Under the pieces are notes generated by a model. The model had not been told where the DNA came from. It was given only the letters and a program-made list of their open reading frames with translations, and made no database searches. Made by a program: the position numbers and the translations under genes. From Squalus acanthias (Eukaryota), in contig JASTWF010000325.1 in the NCBI GenBank assembly GCA_030390025.1, positions 372,001-436,000 of the forward strand: a stretch of 64,000 nucleotides of DNA, read 5' to 3'. This document shows, one piece after another, positions 1 through 12,465 of this stretch; the stretch's first letter is position 1; each line of letters starts with the position of its first letter.

Positions 1-1044
1 CCTGCTCGTCGTCCTCCTCCTCCCTCCTCTCCCTCTTCCTCCTCCTGAGGTGGTCCCGCAATCCCTGGTGGCAAGGGCTGGGCCCTCATGATGGCCAAGT
101 TGTGGAGCATTCAGCAGACCACGACTGGGACACCCGCTCCGGTGAGTACTAGAGGGCTCCTCCCGAGCGGTCAAGGCAGCAGAACCGTTGCTTGAGCACC
201 CCGATGGTCTGCTCGATGATGTTCCTGGTGGCAGCATGGCTCTCATTGAGTGCTGGGCAGGAGTGTTGGGGTTGCAGAGAGGAGTCATGAGCCAGGTGGA
301 GAGCGGATAGCCCTCGTGTCTGAGCAGCCAGCCACGAGCTTGACCTGGTGGCTGGAAGAGAGCTGGCACACTGGCCTGGCGCAGGATGAAGGCATTGTGG
401 CTGCTGCCAGGATAGCGGGCATTCACATTGAGGATTCGCTGTCTGTGATCACACACCAACTGCACATTAAACGTCTTTGCAGTTACAGAAGATCTCAGGA
501 TTGTTGTGCGGTGTCCGCAAAGCCACATGGGCGCAGTCAATGGCGCCCTGCACCATGGGGAATCCCGCTATCCTGGCAAAGCCACATACACGCTCGTCCT
601 GCTTCTCTCTGGTGATGGGGAAGGAAATGTAGTCCCTTCTCCTACTGTAGAGAGCCTCTGTGACCTCCCAGATACAGCGGTGAACTGCGAGATGTTTGCA
701 GTCTCCTGTTGCAGACTGGAAGGATCCGCTGGTGAAGAATTGAAGGCGACGGTGACATTGACTGCCACGGAGAGCCGTGGTCGCCCTGATCTGAGGCTGG
801 AGGTCTGGTTGCAGGAGGTGGCAGAGTCTGTGACCACCTCCTTGGTGAAGCGGAGCCTTCTAATACACTGCTCCTCACTTAATTGGAGGTAGGAGAAGTG
901 CTCTCGGAATACCCTCGGAGGGTAAGGCCTCCTGTTGAGAGCCCTGATGGCTCTCCTGCTCCCTCTGGCCACATGTTCCACTCTTTCTCGCTCCCTCCGC
1001 TGTAGATCCTGGAGGGCCAGGTCGACTGCCAGTACAGTCCCCAT
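1..1044 (-). pseudogene. Degenerate PIF/Harbinger DDE transposase (HARBI1-like)
   Basis: Minus-strand frames give RRPYPPRVFREHFSYLQLSEEQCIRRLRFTKEVV at the N-terminus and NESHAATRNIIEQTIGVLKQRF..LDRSGGAL..HNLAI at the C-terminus, with frameshifts and stops. ATG at 1044-1042. Confidence 0.85.
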
Positions 1045-1222
1045 TAACGTAAAAAGTGTAGCAGTGTTGAGGCTGCCGCGAAACACGAATTAAGGCTGAA
1101 TCCATGTGTGTTAAACAAGAGACTTTTTAATCAACTGCGTGGTAAAAAATGGCTGAACAGACTGCTCCCAGAATTCTCTGGAAAAATCCTGAGGCCCCGC
1201 CCACTCCTGCCTTAAAGGTAAG

Positions 1223-2115
1223 GGGGTAAAAATTCACTTGGTTGCGCCACCCGTTAGCGCCTTAAGAGGGCGCTAATGGGGCGCAAAGCCGCTAACGCCC
1301 GGGCGCAGCGATGTTTGCGCCGCTCGAGAACTTAACTTGAGATTGTGCGGCGGCGCTAAAACTTACCGCTGCGACCACCTGCGCGCGCAGATTGTGACGT
1401 CATTCCATGGTGCAACGCCCTTGGGGCGCCCCGTAGCGGAAATTGAGTGGCGCCCCCTGCCTTACCGCCTGGCGCTTCCAACGACCAGAAGACTGGAACG
1501 CTATCAATCGCTGTGGGGCTGGGGGGGGCGCTATTTAAAGGGGGCCTCTTCCTGTCTTTTATTGTTGGTGGCATTTTTGAACTACGCATTCTGAGAGAGA
1601 GAGGGAGAGACTTCTGGAGAGATTCAACGTTGGGTGAAGGAGTTTTGGGTACTGAGCAGCACTTTGCAGGTTCATTTTGATTTGCCATTCCTTGTATCGA
1701 TTTAGCAGAGACCGTGGGAGCTGCACTCTGAGCTCTTTGCCTGGTGCTCTCCATTGTTCTTTCCAGCACATTTGATGTGCAAGTCTCTCCAGGCCGAGAT
1801 TCAAGGCAGCAATGAACAGGATGTGGATGGAAAGCAAGATTAACCATCCCCTTTAAGAACTGGCCCGTGCCATTGTGTGTGTGTTCCATTGCTGACTGAC
1901 ATTACATGAGCTTCGCCAGCGCTCCGAGTTAGCGCCTCACTGCTCGGCCTTTGCGCCTTAAGAGAGGTGTGCAGCGCCTGCTTTAGCGCTCCACTCACCT
2001 CCCGGGGCGGTAAAAGTGAAGTTTCCCGTCAGTGCCGATAATTAGCGCCAGGCGCTAATATTTGCGTCCGGACGATATTTGCGCCCCAAATGGGGCGCGA
2101 CCTAATTTCTACCCC
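1223..2115. mobile_element. Non-autonomous PIF/Harbinger element (MITE), copy 1, inside the Gypsy LTR
   Basis: TIRs GGGGTAAAAATT / AATTTCTACCCC and 3-bp TSD AAG (1220-1222, 2116-2118). The other LTR shows the empty site. Near-identical copy at 57183-58075. Confidence 0.92.
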
Positions 2116-2220
2116 AAGGTGCCTTAAAGGGAAGGTGCATCGATATATTGTCCACGGACGGAAATGTGGATAATGCCGGTTTAGGTGGCGATCCGCCACA
2201 CAGCTCCCCCCAGAATCCGC

Positions 2221-3100
2221 TTAGGAGGTGTGGACGAGACGGTGCGGCGGTCTGATGGGCCGGCCGGAGCGGCTTTTGTAGGACGCCGGTGGACGTGGAA
2301 TGGCCGGGCGTGGAGCTGCCGGGTGAACCGGCTTGAGGGCAGGTCGGCCGCGTGGAGGTGGACGGGCTACAGGGACCTGCTCACAGGGCTCCGAGTGTGC
2401 TGGCTTGAGTCGGTCAACCGACACTTTTTCGGTCCTGTCGCCCACTTGCAGGGTGAAAAATTTGACCCAGCCTGTAGCACCTTGTAGGGCCCATCGTACG
2501 GGGGTTGAAGGGGTCCGCGGTGGGCGTCGTGCCGGACTGAAAACAAACCGTGCCTGGTGCAGTTTTAGTGGGACGTGTGAGGTGGATTTGTCGTGTCGGG
2601 CAATGGGCACCGGGGCGAACTGCAGCGCCGGTGAGGCGAAGTTGTGGCGTTGCTGGTCGGCTGACCAGGGTGTCGTGGCGGTGGGCAGGAACTCGCCGGG
2701 TACGTGCAGCGGCTGACCGTACACGAGCTCTGCTGCCGATGCGTGGAGGTCTTCTTTAACCGCGGTGCGCAGGCCGAGGAGGACCCACGGAAGTCGGTCG
2801 GTCCAGGCGCCGTCCTGGAGGCTGGCTTGAAGAGATGCCTTCAAGGATCTGTGGAACCGCTCACACAGTCCGTTGGCTTGGGGGTGGTACGCTGTGGTGC
2901 GGTGAGTGGTCACCCCGAGATTGCGTGCGATGGCGGTCCAGGGTTCAGAGGTAAATTGCGGACCTCTGTCCGACGTCATGTCGGAGGGGACGCCGAACCG
3001 TGCGACCCAGGTGCTGACGAAGGCTCTGGCGATGTCGGCGGTGGTGGTAGAGGTCAGTGGAATTGCCTCGGGCCAGCGTGTGGTGCGATCAACGATGGTC
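2221..3100 (-). pseudogene. Gypsy integrase core and C-terminus (frameshifted)
   Basis: TIVDRTTRWPEAIP...MTSDRGPQFTSE...HRTTAYHPQANGLCERFHRSLK...VSVDRLKPA. Confidence 0.9.
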
Positions 3101-3814
3101 TGGTAATCTGGTCTGCTGCAAGTTGAGCGTAGTCGACTGCCAGGTATGCGGCGTGGATGGCGGGGCGGGAGAGGCAGTCGGCTACCACATTGTCTCGGCC
3201 GGAGACGTGTTGGATGTCAGTGGTGAACTCGGACACCGCTGCGAGCTGGCGCTGCTGCCTGGCGGACCAGGGGTCGGTTTTGTCATCCGTGACGAACAGT
3301 AGGGAGCCCACGTGGCCCACGGCCATCGCGGGGGCTGGTACGGGGGCGGACTTGAAAGAGCAGGGAGGTGTGCACCGTTGTGCCCTGGCGCCGAACCGTG
3401 CGTGGTAGTAACAGTGGCCCGGGTTAGTGGGGCACGAAGGCCCCGTGGGCCTGGTGACAGGCCCTTGTGGCCGCGTGCTGGATGGTGAGGGGCGCGCCCA
3501 GGCATTGGCTGCCAGGTCCGGAGTGACGTCGCGGCTGGAGTGAGCGGACAGCAGCTTGTCGGCCTCATCAGCCAGGGCTTCCAGGTTCGTGAGGCCGGAC
3601 GCCACGATCGCTGGGCAGATGCTGAGAGGGAGCTGGCGGATGAACAGCGTGCGGAAGAGGGATCCGGGTGGGCTCTCGTCGGTGAGGGAGAGGAGGTCTG
3701 ACGGTGAGGCATCACCGAGGCCTGGAAGGTCGAGGAGGTGGCAGTTTCGCTGATATGCCGAGGCCGTAAATTTTTTAAGGAGCGCTGTCTTGAGATGTGC
3801 GTACTTGCCTTCAT

Positions 3815-4107
3815 AGAAACATAGAAACTAGGAGCAGGAGTAGGCCATTCGGCCCATCGAGCCTGCTCCACCATTCAATACGATCATGGCTGATCATCCA
3901 AATCCAGTACCCTGTCCCTACTCTCTCACACAGAATCCCCATCGAGCCTGCACCGACACATATCCCACCCTGTCCCCGTAACCCCACATATTTAATTCCC
4001 CCTAACATATCCCATCCTATCCCCGTAACCCCACATATTTAATCCCCCCCTAATACTAAGGGTCAATTTATCATAGCCAAATCAACCTCACCCGCACATT
4101 TTTGGAC
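3815..4107 (-). mobile_element. 5'-truncated SINE with CR1-type 3' tail inserted in Gypsy gag
   Basis: (catagaaa)n tail plus a CR1 3' stem region. It splits the gag sequence PPDE|GKY and has TCAT duplicated at 3811-3814/4108-4111. Confidence 0.75.
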
Positions 4108-4587
4108 TCATCTGGTGGGTTCTGCAGCGTACTCCAAACCTTCGAAACTGTGGCGCTACCGAGTGATGTGACGAGATAGTCGTACTTCGTCCCATCTGTG
4201 GTGATGCGTTGCAGCCAGAAGCGAGATTCAGCTTGGAGAAACCAGGCTTCGGGCTGGTTTTTCCAAAACTCCGGCAGTTTCACGGAAACTGCATTCGTGT
4301 CCGCCATTGCAGTGCTCGGAATACGTTCTGAGCGTCGGGGTCACCAATGTTGAGGCTGCCGCGAAACACGAATTAAGGCTGAATCCATGTGTGTTAAACA
4401 AGAGACTTTTTAATCAACTGCATGGTAAAAAATGGCTGAACAGACTGCTCCCAGAATTCTCTGGAAAAATCCTGAGGCCCCTCCCACTCCTGCCTTAAAG
4501 GTAAGGTGCCTTAAAGGGAAGGTGCATCGATATATTGTCCACGGACGGAAATGTGGATAATGCCCGTTTAGGTGGCAATCCGCCACA

Positions 4588-5069
4588 GCAGCTTGATATT
4601 TTGTAAGAATAAATGTAACTACTTTTTAGCGACCACAGCACTCCAGATACAAGAGAACCTTTAAATTACTGAATTAAACTGTTTCACAATGTCAAACTGA
4701 CAAGAAAGCAATGAAACTCCCTGAACCGGACAGCTGTGACTCAGTACTCGTGATCCCTTTAAATAACGTCCCTGGAGCCAGCTTCTGCCTGCTTGATGCC
4801 TCCTCTCCCTGTCGCTGTCAGGGTGAGGCGCTAAGGTAGCGTAAATCAATTTTGCAGATTGGGTGCCCAGTGAGCTGATGTCACGCTCTGCCTGGCGTTG
4901 AAGTCCCCGGCGGTAACTCGTACCGGCGGCGCAATGGGGAGGGGCGGGCCGGGCCGAATTTGCCGTGTGTCGCTGGACTCTCCTCTCCCCCAGCGCTATT
5001 GCATCAGCGCCCTGTTACCGCCCTCTGCAGGCGCTAATGGGAGGTGCTAACCAACCAATTTTTTCCCCC
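4588..5069 (-). mobile_element. 5' non-coding end and TIR of the same Harbinger element
   Basis: Resumes after the Gypsy TSD and ends in aaccaattttttccccc, matching the GGGG(A/T)AAAAATT termini of the Harbinger MITEs in this window. Confidence 0.55.
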
Positions 5070-5399
5070 ACAGTGTCCAGCTCTTAGCCTTCCCACCACA
5101 ACAACACCTCAGGGCGAAGACTCGGGCCAGGGAGGCAGCCTGCTGGAGGGGGGCCACAGACTGACAGACACGACCCAGTACATTTCGCAACCAGATACAT
5201 GGGGGCAAAATGTTCCAGTGTGAGGCACTCGCCCTGAAATATGAGAGTCTAAAAGGACTGAGTGTGACACAGCAATCTCTGAATTTCCTTAATATTGTTC
5301 AACACATGGAAACTGGGCTTCCCCACTGCACCTGGAGAGTTAACGCCCTCCTGTCCAGTTACATTATTTTAATTCCTTTCTTGCGTCACATATTAGCAG

Positions 5400-5527
5400 C
5401 TGGGAGTGTTTGATGGGACAGTGTAGTGGGAGCTTTACTCTGTATCTAACCCGTGCTGTACCTGCCCTGGGAGTGTTTGATGGGACAGTGTAGAGGGAGC
5501 TTTACTCTGTATCTAACCCGTGCTGTA
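5400..5527. repeat. ~67-bp tandem minisatellite (2 copies)
   Basis: tgggagtgtttgatgggacagtgtag..ggagctttactctgtatctaacccgtgctgta repeated twice. Confidence 0.85.
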
Positions 5528-5657
5528 ATTAATCATTAATGAATATAATTCGTGTGTGTGCGTGCGTGCGTGCGTGCGTGCGCGCGCGCTGATTGTTGAG
5601 TGGTCTGAAGCTGGTCTCAGTGTTTGTACTCTGTAACACTCTCCCTTCTCCCCGCAG

Positions 5658-5876
5658 GATGTGAAGGCTCAATCCTCCCTCCCATTACTGGGTTATGAAG
5701 TCAGCCTGCTGAGTGCCAGCGATGGTGCCTACAGTTTCCAGCTCAGCCAGTCCAAGCAGGTGTACACGTTCAGCGCAGAGAGTGAAGAGCTGCGTGCCCA
5801 CTGGGTCCAGCTCATGAGCCAGCTGGCGAGTGGGACGTGCCCTGGTGAGGAGGAGATCTTCGGCCTTTCGGAATGA
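5658..5876 (+). CDS. FGD2: Last coding exon of an FGD-family RhoGEF (C-terminal PH domain), FGD2-like
   Basis: Pyrimidine tract and cag acceptor ending at 5657. DVKAQSSLPLLGYEV...FQLSQSKQVYTFSAESEELRAHWV resembles the second PH domain of FGD proteins, closest to FGD2 from memory. TGA at 5874-5876. Confidence 0.8.
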   Translation, partial: DVKAQSSLPLLGYEVSLLSASDGAYSFQLSQSKQVYTFSAESEELRAHWVQLMSQLASGTCPGEEEIFGLSE

Positions 5877-6219
5877 TTAGAGCCTTTCAGGAAGTCCTTC
5901 TGTCATCGAGCTTCAGTCCATGTCTGCTCAACGAACATCACAAGTTGAGGGATGTGGGGGCATTCTGCACTCCCAGGGTCTCAAACAGACCATAATCCTC
6001 GCCCCAATCCTCCAACCCCCTCTGCCCTTCGAGCTCTAAATTCACCCTCTAACTTCCTCTATGTAGTTATTGTAAAGGGACGGAGAGGTGAGTGAGTTAC
6101 ACTCCTGTCTGATCTCTATTTTATGCGGTCACACATTCTGAAGTCCCTTCATCTGAACACAGCACTAACGAGGTGGTCCGTGCCCTTGGTGCTGCCCTTT
6201 ACTCCCATGGCAGTCAATG

Positions 6220-6350
6220 CTGTTGGTTTAACATCTCATCCAAAAGATGGCATCTCTGCCAGTGCAGCACTCCATTAGCACTGTACTGGGAGTGTGGGTC
6301 TGGATTATGGGCTCCAGTCTCTTTACTCTTGCACCCATGATGGAACCTGG
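6220..6350 (-). mobile_element. Degenerate SINE fragment in the FGD-like 3' UTR
   Basis: ggtttaacatctcatccaaaagatggcatctc..cagtgcagcactcc resembles the body of shark Deu-type SINEs (recognition from memory). Confidence 0.4.
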
Positions 6351-6639
6351 TCTTGGGCATTGCTGGGAATCACTGAGAATGAGGATGTTTGATGCTATTT
6401 TAATGATGGATTCAGTGGCTGGAAATTCTAACTTGGAAAAAGAAAATATTTGCTGAGAAAGCTGGCCTCACTCCACTGCAGAGAGAGAGTTGCGATCTGA
6501 GGAGGAGGATCCTGGAGGGTGAAGGAGCTGTAAATCGAACCTTGAACAGACGCCGACCATTCTGTCCTTCATCAGAAGGTGGATGAAGGGTGACTTGCCC
6601 CTCCCGACACTTCTGATTCCACTTTGTCTTAAACTTGCA

Positions 6640-6645
6640 AATAAA
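6640..6645 (+). promoter_or_regulatory. Candidate polyadenylation signal of the FGD-like gene
   Basis: AATAAA about 765 nt after the stop codon, followed by GT-rich sequence. Confidence 0.5.
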
Positions 6646-7651
6646 TCCTTTCGCTATAAAACACTGTGACCTGTGTATGATATTCTGGCAGGTGATTGAA
6701 AATGTGATCCCAGTCTGCCGAAGTCCCTAGAGGAGGAAAGATCAGGCATTGAAGGTGCACCAGGCACCTTGCCCTGGATAATCCAAAGTGCTTCCCATCC
6801 AGTCAGTCAGGACTCGTGTCCCAGGGTCAGTCAACATCTGCGAGGGCAAAGCTGGAAGAAGGTGCAGCTTCTGTATCGGAGGGAGTGCGGGCCCCTCATG
6901 GGCAACAGTGGGAGCGCTTACAGTCCAGTTTGGAACGGAACATTAGTCAGAAACATCCCAAAATTACATCCCAGGAGGTCACCTCAGAGTAAGAGTGAGG
7001 AGCTGGAGAGTAGGGATAATGGGTATGTACTCCAAGTGACAGGATGTGACTAGTGGTGTCCTCCAGCGCTCTGGACTGGGGCCACAGCTTTTCTTTATTC
7101 CTTCATCCAAGTCATTTGTAAATATAGAGAGCTGTATATCAAAGTTTGCTGGCAACACTAAGTAAGGTGGCACAGTAAAGGAGCAGAAAGTTGCAGTGGG
7201 TCATTAGTAGATTATGTGGGAACGGTAGCATATTGGTTATGTTACTGAACTAGTAATCCAGAGGCCTGGACTAATGAGCTGGAGACATGAGTTCAAATCC
7301 CACCATGGCAGCTGGGGAATTTAAAATTCAGTTAATTAAATAAATCTGGAATAAAAAGCTAGTATCAGTAATCAGACCATGAATTTACCGGATTGTTGTA
7401 AAAACCCATCTGGTTCACTGATCTCTTAGATAAGGAAATCTGCCGTCCTTACCCGGTCTGGCCTATATGTGACTCCAGACCCACCAGTTGACTCTAAACT
7501 GCCCTCAGATGGCCTAGCAAGCCACTCAGTTGTACCAAACCGCTACGATAAACTATAATAAAACCGGACAGACCACCTGGCATCCGATTTGGACATGACA
7601 AAAGCACACCCAGCCCAGTCGACCCTGCAAAGTCCTCTTCACTAACATCTT

Positions 7652-8676
7652 GCAAGAAATATAAAAACAGACAGTAAGAGCTTCTACAAGTATATAAAAA
7701 GGAAGAGAGTAGCTAAAGTAAACGTTAGTCCCCTAGAGGATGAGACTGGGGAATTAATAATGGGAAACGAGGAAATGGCATAGACTTTTAACAAATATTT
7801 TGTATGTCTTCATGCTGTATCGGCGCATTCTGTAGTCTTTCTCCATTTAAATAATATTTTTCTTTTCTATTCCTACCAAAGTGGATAACTTCACATTTTC
7901 CTACATTATACTCCATCTGCCAAATAGAAAAGAAAAAAAAACTACAGAATGCTGTGGTACAGAGGGATTTGGGTGTCCTCGTACATGAAACACAAGAAGT
8001 TAACATGCAGGCGCAGCAAGTAATTAGAAAGGCAAATGGAATGTTGGCCTTTATTTCAAGGGGGATGGAGTATAAAAATAGGGAAGTCTTGCTACAACTG
8101 TATAGGACGCTGGTGAGACCACACCTAGGGTACTGCGTACAGTTGTGGTCTCCTTATTTAAGGAGGGATATACTTGCATTGGAGGTAGTTCAGAGAAGGT
8201 TCACTAGATTGATTCCGGAGATGAAGGGGTTCTCTTATGAAGAAAGGTTGAGCGGGTTGGGCCTATACTCACTGGAGTTTAGAAGAATGAGAGGGGATCT
8301 TATTGAAACATAAGATTCTGAGGGGGTTGGACAGGGTAGATGCAGAGAGGATGTTTCCCCTCATGGGGGAATCTAGAACTCGGGGGCATAGTTTCAGAAT
8401 AAGGGGTCGCACGTTTAAGATGGAGATGAGAAGGAATTTCTTCTGAGGGTCGTGAGTCTTTGGAATTCTTTACCCCAGAAAGCTGTGGAGGCGGAGTCAT
8501 TGAATATATTGAAGGCTAAGATAGGCAGATTTTTGAACTACAGGGGAGTCAAGGGTTATAGGGAACAGGCAGAAAGTTGAAGTTAAGTCCAAGATCAGAT
8601 CAGCCATGATCTTATTGAATGGAGGAGCAGGCTCGAGGGGCCAAATGGCCTACTCCTGCTCCTATTTCTTATGTTG
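7652..8676 (+). mobile_element. CR1 3' fragment with an internal inversion, inserted in the tRNA-headed LINE
   Basis: QRDLGVLVH...RPHL.YC...RRMRGDLIE and a CR1 3' tail. 7815-7925 is an inverted RT piece. Confidence 0.85.
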
Positions 8677-8882
8677 ATGTGCCAAAATTGGGAGAGCTGT
8701 CCCACAGCCTAGTTAAACAACATAGTCATACTCACAGAATCATACCTTTCAGCCAATGTCCCAGAGTCCTCCATCACTGCCCCACAGGCAGGACCGGCCC
8801 ACCAGAGGTAGCAACAGTGGTATACAGTCAGGAGGGAGTGGCCCTGGGAGTCCTCAACATTGACTCCAGACCCCATGAAACC

Positions 8883-8983
8883 CAGCTCTGATGGAAGGTC
8901 ATCGACCTGAAACGTTAACTCTGTTTCTCTCGCCACAGATGCTGCCTGACCTGCTGAGTATTTCCAGCATTTTCTGTTTTTAT
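8883..8983 (+). mobile_element. Short Penelope-derived non-autonomous insert with a degenerate hammerhead motif
   Basis: ctgatggaa-ggtc-atc-gacc-tgaaacgtt, flanked by direct repeat cccatgaaacc (8872-8882/8984-8994). Confidence 0.6.
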
Positions 8984-11940
8984 CCCATGAAACCTCCTGC
9001 TGATTACCACCTACTGCCCTCCCTCAGCTGATGAATCAGTACTTCTCCATGTTGAACACCACTTGGAAGAAGCACTGAGGGTACCAAGGGCACAGAATGT
9101 ATTCGGGGTCGGGGACTTCAATGGCTCGGTAGCACCACTACTGACTGAGCTGGCTGAGTCCTGAAGGACATAACTGCCAGTCTGGGCCTGCGACAGGTGG
9201 TGAGGGAACCAACACAAGGGAAAAACCGACTTGACCTCGTCCTCACCAATCTACCTGTCACAGATGCATCTATCCATGACATTACTGGTAGGAGTAACCA
9301 CCGCACAGTCATTGTGGAGACGAAGTCCCATCTTTACACTGAGGACACCCTCCATCGTGTTGTGTGGCACTACCACCGTGCTAAATGAGATAGATTCAGA
9401 ACAGATCTAGTAGCTCAAAACTGGGCATCCATGAGGCACTGTGGGCCATCAGCAGCAGCAGAATTGTATTCCACCACAATCTGTAACCTCGTGGCCCGGC
9501 ATATCCCTCACTCTACCATTACCATCAAGCCAGGGGACCAACCCTGGTTCAATGAGGAGTGCAGAAGAACATGCCAGGAGCAGCACCAGGCGTACCTAAA
9601 AATGAGGTGCCAACCTGATGAAGCTGGACCACATGCATGCTAAACAGCGGAAGCAGCATGCTATAAACAGAGCTAAGCGATCCCACAACCAGCGGATCAG
9701 ATCAAAGCTCTGCAGTCCTGTCACATCCATTCGTGAATGGTGGTGGACAATTAAACAACTAACGGGAGGAGGAGGCTCCATGAATATCCCCATCCTCAAT
9801 GAGCCAGAAGTGCCGAGTTGATGATCAACCTTGGCCTATTCCTCTGGTCCCCACCATCACAGAATCCAGTCTTCAGCCAATTCAATTCACACCACATGCT
9901 ATCAAGAAACGGCTGAGCGCACTGGATATAGACCCCAACAACATCCCAGCTGCAGTGCTGAAGACTTGCGCTCCAAAACTAGCCGCGCCTCGAGCCAAGC
10001 TATTCCAGTACAGCTACACCACTGGCATCTACCCGACAAAGTGGAAAATTGCCCAGGTATATCCTGTCCACAAAAAGCAGGACAAATCCAATCTGGCCAA
10101 TTACTGCCCCATCAGTCTACTCTCAATCATCAGCAAAATGATGGAAGGTGTCATTGACAGTGCTGTCAAGCGGCAATTACTCACTAATAACCTGCTCACT
10201 GATGCTCAGTTTGGTTTTCACCAGGACCACTCGGCTCCAGACCTCATTACAGCCTTGGTCTAAACATGGGCAAAAGAGCTGAATTCCAGAGGTGAGGTGA
10301 GATTGACTGCCCTCGACATCATGACAGCATTTGACTGAGTGTGGCATCAAGGAGCCGCAGTAAAATTGAAGTCAATGGGAATCGGGGCAAACTCTCCACT
10401 GGCTGGAGTCATACCTAGCACAAAGAAAGATGTTTGTGGTTGTTGGAGGCAAATCATCTCAGCCCCAGGACATCGCTGCAGGAGTTCCTCAGGGCAGTGT
10501 CCTAGGCCCAACCATCTTCATCTGCTTCATCAATGGCCTTCCCTCCATCATAAGGTCAGATGTGGGGATGTTCGCTGATGATTGCACAGTGTTCAGTTCC
10601 ATTCGCAACTCCTCAGATAATGAAGCAGTCCGTGCCTGCATGCAGCAAGACCTAAACAACATTCAGGCTTGGGCTGATAAGTGGCAGGTAACATTCACAC
10701 CAAAAAAGTGCCAGGCAATAACCATCTTCAACAAGAGAAAGCCTAACCACCTCCACTTGATAATCAATGGCATTACCATTGTCAAATCCCCCACCATCAC
10801 TATCCTGAGAGTCACCATTGACCAGAAACTTAACTGCCCCAGCCACATAAATACAGTGGCTACAAGAGCAGATCAGAGGCTGGGTATTTTGCGGCAAGTG
10901 ACTCACCTCCTGACACCCCAAAGCCTTTCCACCATCTACAAGGCACAAGTCAGGAGTGTGATGGAATCCTCTCCACTTGCCTGGATGAGTAGCAGCTCCA
11001 TCAATAATCAAGAAGCCTGACACCATCCAGGACAAAGCAGCCCGCTTGATTGGCACCCCATCCACCCCCTTAAACATTCACTCCCTCCACCACTGGCACA
11101 CCGTGGCTGCAGTGTGTACCATCTACAAGATGCACTGCAGCAACTCGCCAAGGCTTCTTCGGCAGCACGTCCCAAACTCATGACCTCTACAACCTAGAAG
11201 GACAAGGGCAGCAGGCGCATGGGAACATTACCACCTCCAAGTTCCCTTTCAAGTCACGTACCATCCTGACTTGGAAATATATCGCCGATCCTTCATCGTC
11301 GCTGGGTCAAAATCCTGGAACTCCCTCCCTAACAGCACTGTGGGAGTACCTTCACCACACGGACTGCACAGTTCAAGACGACTCACCACCACCTTCTCAA
11401 GGGCAATTAGGGATGGGTAATAAATTCTGGCCTTGCCAGCGACACCGACATCCTGTGAATGAATAAAAAAAGTGAGCAAAACTGTGGCAGATGGAGTTCA
11501 TTGTAGGAAAGTGTGAGTTCATCCACTTTGGACCCAAGAAAGATAGATCAGAGAAGCTAGGAACTGTGATGGAGCAGAGATATTTAGGGGTCTAAGTACA
11601 GAAGTCACTAAAGGTTAGTGGACAGGTACAAAAATTGAAAAGGCTAGTGGAATGTTGGCCTTTATCTCAAGGGAGCGGGAATACAAAGGGGTGGAAGTCG
11701 TGCTTCAGTGATTTCTGGTTAGATCTAATCTGGAGTAACTGCATTCAGTTCATGGCACTGCGCCTCAGGAAGGATATATTGTCCTTGGCAGATTCACCAG
11801 AATGATACCGGGAGTAAAAGGATTAAATTAGGAGGCAGGTTGCATAGACTAGGGTTGTATTCCCTTGAAAAGATTAAGGGGTGAGATAATTGAGGTGTTT
11901 AAGATGACTAAAGCATTTGATAGGGTAAAGAGAAACTAGT

Positions 11941-12465
11941 TTAACAACAACTTGCATTTATATAGCACCTTTTAATGTAGTAAAATGTCCCAAGGCGCTT
12001 CACAGGAGCGTTATCCAACAAATTTGACACCAAGCCACATAAAGAGATATTAGGACAAGTGACAAGGTAAGTTTTAAGGAGTGTCTTAAAGGAGAGGCGG
12101 AGAGGTTTGGAGAGGGAATTCCAGAGCTTAGGGCCCAGGCAGCTGAAGGCACGGCCGCCAATGGTGGAGCGATTAAAATTGGGGACGCGCAAGAGGCCAG
12201 AACTGGAGGTGAGCAGAGATCTCAGAGGGTTGTGCGACTGGTGGAGGTTACAGAGATAGGGAGGGGGCGAGGCCATGGAGGGATTTAAACACAAAGATGA
12301 GAATTTTGAGGCATTGCCGGACCAGCAGCCAATGTAGGTCAGTGAGCACAGGGGTAATGGGTGAACGGGGCTTGGTGCGAGTTAGGATACGGGCAGCAAA
12401 GTTTATGGAGGGTGGAAGATGGGAGGCCGGGCAGGAGTGCATTGGAGTAGTTAAATCTAGAGCTT
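11941..12465 (-). mobile_element. L2 LINE 3' fragment
   Basis: ITPVLTDLHWL..., GGRAFSCLGPKLWNSL, FKTLLKTYL and an L2-type tail (cgctatataaatgcaagttgttgtt-like). Confidence 0.85.

Larger units (their letters stand above)
1065..4587 (-). mobile_element. Internally deleted Ty3/Gypsy LTR retrotransposon
   Basis: Two 240-bp TG..CA LTRs (1065-2200 interrupted, 4348-4587) and a 4-bp TSD GCAG (1061-1064/4588-4591). PBS TGGTGACCCCGACG (tRNA-Trp-like, 4333-4346) and PPT next to 2201. Gag N-terminus VKLPEFW..P..WF, CYYHARFG..C knuckle, RNase H tail HVSGRDNVVADCLSR, integrase SDRGPQF...AYHPQANG..ERFHR. Confidence 0.95.
7221..11471 (+). mobile_element. tRNA-headed APE-RT LINE, copy 1 (degenerate, interrupted)
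   Basis: Box A (7226-7236) and box B (7291-7299) head, then APE and RT fragments ([14 protein letters not shown]) and a gaatgaataaaaaaa tail. Colinear with 36181-39400. Confidence 0.85.

Noticed and set aside
1356..1889. 177-aa ORF conserved in both MITE copies
   Set aside because: Conservation follows from copy identity; there are no transposase motifs, at most a decayed accessory-gene remnant.
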